Source: Candidatus Krumholzibacteriia bacterium (GTDB lineage: Bacteria; Krumholzibacteriota; Krumholzibacteriia; WVZY01). From it: a DNA stretch of 15,327 nt. Below, one piece after another: positions 1-5,744 of the stretch. Location of the stretch: NCBI GenBank assembly GCA_036478295.1, contig JAZGDW010000039.1, positions 1 through 15,327 of the forward strand, written 5' to 3'. Below the pieces are notes generated by a model. It saw nothing but the letters and a program-made list of their open reading frames with translations. It did not search any database and had not been told where the DNA came from. Positions within the stretch are counted from its first letter, which is position 1, and every line of letters begins with the position of its first letter. A program made the position numbers and the translations under genes.

Positions 1-2
1 TG

Positions 3-716
3 GGTGCGCACGGGGTGCCGGAGGAGTACCGGAACCGCCGAGAGAGCTACATCGAACTGGTTGTGAACGAAATGATCCCCGAAGTCGTGAAACAGGGCCT
101 CGCTGAGTTCAACGACGTTTTTTCGGAAATTGGGGTCTTTGAGGTCGATGAAGCGGAACGGATTTTGCGGGCAGGTGCCGCGGCGGGGCTCAAAAGCCGC
201 GTGCACGCGGATGAACTGAATGATACTGGCTCGGCAGACATGGCGGTGCGGGTAGGGGCCGTATCGGCTGATCACTTGACCAAAATCAGCCGGCGCGGAA
301 TTGCCCGCATGGCAGATTCTGCCGTCATCGGAGTGCTGTTGCCGGGAACGAGCTTCGGATTGCCGTCTCTGGATTTTGCGCCCGCTAGGGAGATGGTGGA
401 ACGCGGGATGGCGATTGCGCTGGCATCGGATTTCAACCCGGGCAGTTCGCCGAGCGAGTCGATGCCCATGATGATCGCGATTGCGTGCTCGCACATGGGG
501 TTGTCCCCGGAAGAGGCGATCGCCGCCGCGACATACAACGCGGCGTTTGTCGTCGAACGGCAAGACGCTGTCGGAAGTCTGCAAGCGGGGAAGAGGGCCG
601 ACTTTCTCGTGCTGGATTGTGACGACTACCGGGAGATTCCCTATCGATTTGGAATCAATCCGGTCAATCGTGTTTTTGTCGAGGGCAGAGAATGGACGTC
701 AGCGTCCTGTGCATGA
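3..716 (+). CDS. hutI: Imidazolonepropionase (amidohydrolase family), 5'-truncated by window edge
   Basis: Frame is open from position 3 (GAHGVPEEY, cf. HutI FLGAHAVP). It carries the HADE, SADHL, LLPGTSF, ALASDFNPGSSP and GSLQAGKRADFLVLD motifs typical of HutI. The GTG at 15 is internal, not the true start. Confidence 0.93.
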   Translation, partial: GAHGVPEEYRNRRESYIELVVNEMIPEVVKQGLAEFNDVFSEIGVFEVDEAERILRAGAAAGLKSRVHADELNDTGSADMAVRVGAVSADHLTKISRRGIARMADSAVIGVLLPGTSFGLPSLDFAPAREMVERGMAIALASDFNPGSSPSESMPMMIAIACSHMGLSPEEAIAAATYNAAFVVERQDAVGSLQAGKRADFLVLDCDDYREIPYRFGINPVNRVFVEGREWTSASCA

Positions 717-743
717 CATGGCACTCACCACTGGAATAACGGC

Positions 744-2348
744 GTGAGCAAAGCGATCAGCATCCGGAAGAAGGCTCTTGATTTCGCGAAAAAGCGGCAG
801 TGGGACAAGGCGCTCAAAGAATACATTCGCCTCGCCGAGATCGAGTCGCACAACCCGAATGTCTTCAACGAACTCGGTGATCTCCATCTGAAAATGAGCC
901 ACAAGGCCGATGCGTTTGCGGCCTTCCATTCTGCGATCGACGCCTATTCCAAGGTCAGCCTGTTCAACAACGCGGTGGCCGTGTGCAAGAAGATCATCCG
1001 CCTCAACCCGCGTGACTACCGCGTCTACGGCAAACTTGCCCGACTGAGAAACCGGCAGGGGTTCAAGAGCGACGCGGTGAAATACGCCATGAACTTTCTG
1101 GACGTGGCTTGTGAGGATACGAATATCAACCCCGACGATCTCAAGAGTCAGTTCACAGAACTGAGCGTCGAGATCGATCACTCGCCGGAAGTCCTCGAAA
1201 AGGTCGCCGACTACCTGGCGAAATGGGAGTACAAAGACGAAGCTGCCGCTGTGCTCGACAGGCTGGCGAAGGCGTACGCGTCCGCCGGTATGAAGGACAA
1301 GAGCCAGGAGGCGAAAGATCGTCTGGCGGCGCTTGGGCCGGACCTCGAGGGAGCGGCGCCCACCGCGCCCACGGGAGGGGATCCCGCGGAGGCCCCACCC
1401 GTGGGAAGTCCCGCGCCCCCACTGCCGCAGACCGAGCGTCCGGTCGTAACCGACGGCGCGGGAGAGCAGCCGGCCGGATTCGAGAACCACCGGGTCGAGC
1501 TGGACCCCGCCACGGCGCGCTCGGGCGGTGAGTCTATCGCGGTGGATACAGCGGCGCCCCTGCCACCCCAGCCGCAGAAACCCGACGCGCCCGACGTGGG
1601 CGTTCGAAACAGGGCCACCACCCAGACCGCCACCGAAGAGTTGGAGACCCCAGCGGCAGAGCCGCCGCCCCCCCCGAGCCCACCTCCGCCGGGTCCCGAC
1701 GTTACCGAAGAAATCGATGCGCGCCCCGTCGAGCCCCTGCCCGACCCTCCACCACCGGCGGACGCGCCGTCGGCGGCAGCTCCCTCCGGCGCACCTGAAG
1801 CTCCGGCCGACAACCCGTGGGACGCCGATCCCCCACCCGATCTGGCCGACGACGAAGTGTGGGTGCCCCAGGAGGAACTGCCGGACGAGTTGAGGAAAGG
1901 GAGTGCCACAGACCCCGGCGAAGTCGTGAACGTTGCGGACATCATCAGCCAGTTCGACGCCAAGGTCAGAGCGGACGTGGACGTCGAAGACTACCGCAGT
2001 CATTACGATCTGGGCATGGCGTATCTCGAAATGGAACTGCTGCCCGAGGCCATCCGCGAGTTCCAGTTCGCGTCGAATTCGAGTCTCTACCAGGTGAGAT
2101 GTCTGGAGATGATAGGTCTTTGCTTCCTGAAGCAGAACCAGCCCAGGCTGGCCATCAAACAGCTCGAGAAAGGACTCGACCAGGTGGACGAAGGTGACCA
2201 CGAGTCGTTGGGACTCCAGTACAACCTCGGCCTGGCCTACGAGATGACCGGGGATGAGCAAAAGGCCAGGATGTGCTTCGAGGACGTGTACGTGGTCGAC
2301 GTGGCGTTCCGCGACGTCAGTGAAAAGGTCAAGAGGTACAACTCCTAG
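744..2348 (+). CDS. Tetratricopeptide repeat protein: N-terminal TPRs, Pro/Ala/Glu/Asp-rich linker, C-terminal TPR domain (SgmX/FimV-C-like)
   Basis: 534 aa, GTG start with GGA upstream. Helical TPR-like repeats at the N-terminus (NPNVFNELGDLHLK, NNAVAVCKKIIRLNP) and C-terminus (RSHYDLGMAYLEMELLPEAIREFQ, GLQYNLGLAYEMTGDEQKARMCFE). Confidence 0.85.
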   Translation: MSKAISIRKKALDFAKKRQWDKALKEYIRLAEIESHNPNVFNELGDLHLKMSHKADAFAAFHSAIDAYSKVSLFNNAVAVCKKIIRLNPRDYRVYGKLARLRNRQGFKSDAVKYAMNFLDVACEDTNINPDDLKSQFTELSVEIDHSPEVLEKVADYLAKWEYKDEAAAVLDRLAKAYASAGMKDKSQEAKDRLAALGPDLEGAAPTAPTGGDPAEAPPVGSPAPPLPQTERPVVTDGAGEQPAGFENHRVELDPATARSGGESIAVDTAAPLPPQPQKPDAPDVGVRNRATTQTATEELETPAAEPPPPPSPPPPGPDVTEEIDARPVEPLPDPPPPADAPSAAAPSGAPEAPADNPWDADPPPDLADDEVWVPQEELPDELRKGSATDPGEVVNVADIISQFDAKVRADVDVEDYRSHYDLGMAYLEMELLPEAIREFQFASNSSLYQVRCLEMIGLCFLKQNQPRLAIKQLEKGLDQVDEGDHESLGLQYNLGLAYEMTGDEQKARMCFEDVYVVDVAFRDVSEKVKRYNS

Positions 2349-2370
2349 GGCACCTCCTCGCCCCACCGAT

Positions 2371-2415
2371 ATCGCCGTTGACGCGATTGCCGTTGACGCG
2401 ATTGCCATTGACGCG
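2371..2415 (+). repeat. Three-copy 15-bp tandem repeat AT(C/T)GCC(G/A)TTGACGCG
   Basis: Units read directly: 2371-2385 atcgccgttgacgcg, 2386-2400 attgccgttgacgcg, 2401-2415 attgccattgacgcg. Confidence 0.95.
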
Positions 2416-2436
2416 ACGCATGCCTTGCACTACCAT
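2408..2436 (+). promoter_or_regulatory. Putative sigma70 promoter TTGACG-N17-TACCAT for the S-component/TBDR/comEA unit
   Basis: -35 TTGACG at 2408-2413 (5/6), 17-nt spacer, -10 TACCAT at 2431-2436 (conserved T, A and final T), about 100 nt upstream of ATG 2535. Confidence 0.7.
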
Positions 2437-2534
2437 TCCCGTGCCCTATATCCGCCCCTGGTTAGCGCGCGCAGCCACTTGCGACGGCCTCCGTGGCAGA
2501 GAGGTCGGCTGCCGTACAGTGAACGTTCCTCCCC

Positions 2535-3080
2535 ATGCGAGACACACGCAAAACACTGCTGGCGAGCCTGATGGTTGCGCTCACAGTTTCCCTGGGGTAC
2601 GCCCTGGCGGGCATACCCAACGTGGAATTGATGACCCTCACCGTATTCACGGGGGGCTACCTGTTAGGGGCCCGTCTGGGCGCGGTCATCGGCGCCGCCT
2701 CGATCACGCTGCACTCCGTTTTCAACCCTCTCGGCGCCGCGTTGCCCCCGCTGCTGGCGGCGCAGGTTCTTGGATTCATGCTGATCGGAGCCGCCGGAAG
2801 GTGGCCCGGCAGGACGATCGCGAGTATGGACAAGAGATGGCCCGCTTTCTTGCTCGGTGGTACCGTTGGACTGGTGCTCACGCTGGTATACGATATCCTG
2901 ACCAACGTCGGCGCGTTTTTCGCGATGACCGGAGACAACAACACGAAGAATCTGGCCGCATTCGTCACCGCCGGTGTTATTTTTGCCGGTTTGCATGTCG
3001 TGTGGAACACTGGCCTGTTTTTCGTATCGCTGAAGCCCGTGTTGAACGTTTTTTCCCGCTTTCGCGGTGAGCTGGGATAG
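2535..3080 (+). CDS. ECF transporter S component (CbrT-like, possibly cobalamin)
   Basis: 181 aa, about 6 hydrophobic segments. Motifs IPNVELMT..F..GYLLG...GA.IG, YDILTN and C-terminal GLHVVWN resemble CbrT-type S components. An in-frame TGA at 2520-2522 fixes the earliest start. Confidence 0.75.
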   Translation: MRDTRKTLLASLMVALTVSLGYALAGIPNVELMTLTVFTGGYLLGARLGAVIGAASITLHSVFNPLGAALPPLLAAQVLGFMLIGAAGRWPGRTIASMDKRWPAFLLGGTVGLVLTLVYDILTNVGAFFAMTGDNNTKNLAAFVTAGVIFAGLHVVWNTGLFFVSLKPVLNVFSRFRGELG

Positions 3081-3083
3081 GAT

Positions 3084-4928
3084 GTGAAGATGCGAATGCA
3101 CGGCATGCGCATGTGGCTTCTAGGCGCAATCATGATGAACGCGACAGCGGCGGCGTCGCAGGACACCGGTGACACAACGCGTGTCGTGACGCGCGCCGTC
3201 CCCCAGGCGACGCGCGCCGGCGCTTTTCTGTTCAGCCCGTTCGACACGATCCCCGGAATCGAGTTCTCACAGCGGCATTCTCTGTCGCTGGATCATTTCC
3301 TCGAGTTCGTTCCCGGTTATTTTCTCGAGAGGTCGGGTCCGATTGGGGCCGATGCGGCCTTTTCTCGCTACGCCATCGGGGGTGGCAGGGGTGCCCTCTA
3401 CCTGGGCCGCGTGTTGTTGAACGACCCCCAGAACGACCGTGCGCCGCTGGCGGCGTTCCCGACCACCGCGGTGGGTAGGCTGGCGCGTGACAGCAACGCG
3501 TCTTCGCTGCTGCCGACGCACTCGGACATCGAAGGGGTGTTGCGCATCATAGAGCCCGCTCCTCTGAGCAGTCATCCGGTGACCGCGATAGAGGTGTCCA
3601 CGGGAGACCGCGGTCTCAAACAGCGACGTGTGCGGTTTTCCTCTGCGGCCGGCAAGCTGGGAATCGACTTCTCCTACGACGAACTCCGCAATGACGGCTA
3701 CGCGTTCGATTCGCGGGGTGTGATCAGCGGTCCTGACTTCGGCAGCTCAACCGCCAGAACGCAAAGCCTGAACCTGCGCGGGACCCTGCCCGGGGGTGAG
3801 GACTATCTCTTTGCCTTTCGCCGATTCGTGAGCACTTTCCGCGGAGATCTGACCGGTGTGAACAATGAGCAAAGGAAACGCGGACACTACGGGATGCTGC
3901 AGAGTTCGTTGGGCGGCGTCGAGTTGACCGTGTACGAGCGTGGCTACAGGGTGACAACTCCAGACTCGCTGACGCGAAACCAGACGAGTGCCGTGGCCGC
4001 AACGTTCTCCGTGCACGACGACACAAACCACGGCCTCACGTTGGGACTGTCGTACGAAGACATCGTGTCGAGGCAAGATGTCGGGGGCTCAGTGTCGGAA
4101 AATCGCCTTGAAAAGGGAGCCATCGGCGCAAACGGCAGGCACCGGCTTGGGGGTGGGGTCGGCGCGAGATACGGGGTGAACGTAGCCCACCAGTTCAACG
4201 GTTCTTCGGAGTGGGGCGCGTATATTGGTGTTGCGCGGGCGTTCGGGTCCAACCACGGTATCGCCGCGGACGCGAAACGGAGCTTCCGCCTCCCCAACCT
4301 GGGCGAGCTTTTTCTGCCCGCACACGCGGCGGCGACGGGCACGACCATCAGCGGCAACCGCGATGTGGACGGCGAGACCGCCATCGAAGTGCGCGGGCGA
4401 GTGTACGACCGGTTCGGGGTGTTCGAGAATGAAATCCGTGGCGGCGTCATGCGGGTCGACGACGCGATTATTGCCAGCGGTTCGTCTGTCGTAAAGCCGC
4501 GAAACTCCGCGGCACGGACGCTGCGCTTTGTGGAAGATCGAATGCGGGCGCGTGGTTCATGGCATGGGATTCAGTTGGTGGTTGCCGGCGCGGTGGAATA
4601 CGCGTCGGGTGAAAAAGCAGGGTTCTTCGAACTGGTGCCGGACTACCGCATCAACGCATCGTTCAAAGCGGGGCGTCCCCTGTTCAAGAACACGGCCAGC
4701 CTCTTTGTCACGGCCGATTACCAGTATAATGATGCCAGGACACTGTCGAGTGGCGCCAGATTAGGGCCGTTCGGCGTTCTCAACATCAGGGCCAACACGA
4801 GTCTTCTCGACGCGCAGCTCTACGTGCTGTGGCTCAACGCTCTTGATAAGCAATACGAGACGGTCTCACCGTATTTGATGACTCCGCGCACTGTCATGTT
4901 CGGGGTGTCTTGGACCTTTCTCAACTGA
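3084..4928 (+). CDS. TonB-dependent receptor-like outer membrane beta-barrel protein (BtuB-sized)
   Basis: 614 aa. Signal peptide followed by QDTGDTTRVVTRA (TonB-box-like). Plug-like SLDHFLEFVPGYFLERSG...LLNDP, barrel motifs SFRLPNLGELF and NALDKQYE...PRT, C-terminal VSWTFLN. The true start may be ATG 3090 or a later Met. Confidence 0.72.
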   Translation: MKMRMHGMRMWLLGAIMMNATAAASQDTGDTTRVVTRAVPQATRAGAFLFSPFDTIPGIEFSQRHSLSLDHFLEFVPGYFLERSGPIGADAAFSRYAIGGGRGALYLGRVLLNDPQNDRAPLAAFPTTAVGRLARDSNASSLLPTHSDIEGVLRIIEPAPLSSHPVTAIEVSTGDRGLKQRRVRFSSAAGKLGIDFSYDELRNDGYAFDSRGVISGPDFGSSTARTQSLNLRGTLPGGEDYLFAFRRFVSTFRGDLTGVNNEQRKRGHYGMLQSSLGGVELTVYERGYRVTTPDSLTRNQTSAVAATFSVHDDTNHGLTLGLSYEDIVSRQDVGGSVSENRLEKGAIGANGRHRLGGGVGARYGVNVAHQFNGSSEWGAYIGVARAFGSNHGIAADAKRSFRLPNLGELFLPAHAAATGTTISGNRDVDGETAIEVRGRVYDRFGVFENEIRGGVMRVDDAIIASGSSVVKPRNSAARTLRFVEDRMRARGSWHGIQLVVAGAVEYASGEKAGFFELVPDYRINASFKAGRPLFKNTASLFVTADYQYNDARTLSSGARLGPFGVLNIRANTSLLDAQLYVLWLNALDKQYETVSPYLMTPRTVMFGVSWTFLN

Positions 4929-4955
4929 CGCGGGCGCTCTTTTCGGGGGTGGGGG

Positions 4956-5357
4956 ATGCGGAGGATGCTGGGTGCCTTGATGTTGTTGGCCGGCGGCGTT
5001 CTGGCGAACTACGGAGACCTTCGCCTGCCGTCTTCATACTGTGCTGCACCGTCCCCCGACTCCATCGAAGTGATTCGCCGCACGCTTCCGGCTAGGAAGC
5101 GTTTGCCTGCAGTGGCTCGCCCAGGTGCGAGCATTGCACCGCAGTCATACCTCGACAACCCCCTCGCATACCTGTCCTCAGCGCCCGCGGACTCACTCAT
5201 GCTCCTGCCCGGCATTGGTCCGGTAATTGCTGAACGGATCGTAGGTGCACGGAGCGGCAAAAGGTTGTTCACTCGGTGGGAAGACCTCTTGATCATCAGG
5301 GGCATCGGGTCGAAAAAACTCCAACGCCTTCGCACATTCGCTTTAGAAAATAGCTAA
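4956..5357 (+). CDS. comEA: ComEA-like helix-hairpin-helix DNA-binding protein
   Basis: N-terminal hydrophobic/signal segment. Tandem HhH motifs LMLLPGIGPVIAERIV and FTRWEDLLIIRGIGSKKLQRLR. Confidence 0.75.
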   Translation: MRRMLGALMLLAGGVLANYGDLRLPSSYCAAPSPDSIEVIRRTLPARKRLPAVARPGASIAPQSYLDNPLAYLSSAPADSLMLLPGIGPVIAERIVGARSGKRLFTRWEDLLIIRGIGSKKLQRLRTFALENS

Positions 5358-5365
5358 TCCGGCAC

Positions 5366-5387
5366 ACCGTGCCCAGCGGGGCACGGT
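5366..5387 (+). terminator. GC-rich hairpin after comEA (possible terminator)
   Basis: Perfect 9-bp stem accgtgccc/gggcacggt with a 4-nt loop, 8 nt after the stop. The T tract is weak and offset (tggcatttt). Confidence 0.5.
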
Positions 5388-5651
5388 TGGCATTTTGCAC
5401 TTCTTGTCCGGAGAAAATGCAAGCGACCGGTGTGTCCATCGTTGCCGGGCGCCATAACAGGTTCAATATCAAACGGGTTGGTGCCAGCGGGGCGCTGGTA
5501 CGAGCGGCATCGCCTGCCGGTCGGACGCCGCCGGCCTCGAGTGCTAAATAACCAGTCCGGTTCGAGTTATGAAAAAGAAACAACATTCCCGGAGACGCGT
5601 GGAACTTGGTGCGCGGGCATGCACCGTAGCGGCCGGGGACGCGCCGGTTCG

Positions 5652-5666
5652 TGGCATAACTCTTGC
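5652..5666 (+). promoter_or_regulatory. sigma54 (-24/-12) promoter upstream of pilB
   Basis: TGGCAT-AACTC-TTGC with exact GG-N10-GC spacing, 78 nt upstream of the pilB start. Confidence 0.75.
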
Positions 5667-5744
5667 GCAATCTGGCGAAGCCTCTCGGTGGCTGTCCAGA
5701 GCCAGTAGGGCCTGTCGTACCGTTCTCAACGGAGGAACGATCCA

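Noticed and set aside
719..736. TGGCAC after hutI as a sigma54 promoter
   Set aside because: There is no GC at the -12 position (GG-N10-TG).
1668..1675. C8 tract in the TPR gene (and A8 at 7481-7488 in pilT) as phase-variation sites
   Set aside because: The tracts are short, explained by poly-Pro and Glu-Lys-Lys codons, and both frames are intact.
699..2408. 569-aa minus-strand ORF beginning MAIASTAIASTAIS
   Set aside because: Antisense shadow of the TPR gene caused by GC-rich codon bias. Its repetitive N-terminus is just the 15-bp DNA repeat, and it has no recognisable motifs.
2371..2415. Possible CRISPR array
   Set aside because: Units are contiguous 15-mers with no spacers, and no cas genes are present.
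2437..2534. Canonical cobalamin riboswitch
   Set aside because: The conserved GGGAA...GGTG..AATCC...CCCCGC.ACTGT core and B12 box were not found. Only a GCCACT fragment is present.
2254..3070. Plus-strand ORFs 2254-2571 and 2378-3070 with repeated peptides (IAVDA, TRLPL)
   Set aside because: They are translations of the tandem repeat, overlap real genes out of frame and lack an RBS.
5467..5480. IHF site TATCAAACGGGTTG upstream of pilB
   Set aside because: The spacer is one base too long for WATCAANNNNTTR. It is suggestive but not supportable.
5358..5744. c-di-GMP-I / GEMM riboswitch upstream of pilB
   Set aside because: AGCGGGG resembles the 3' end of the motif, but the GGCAAA/GAAA/GACGCAAAG elements are absent.
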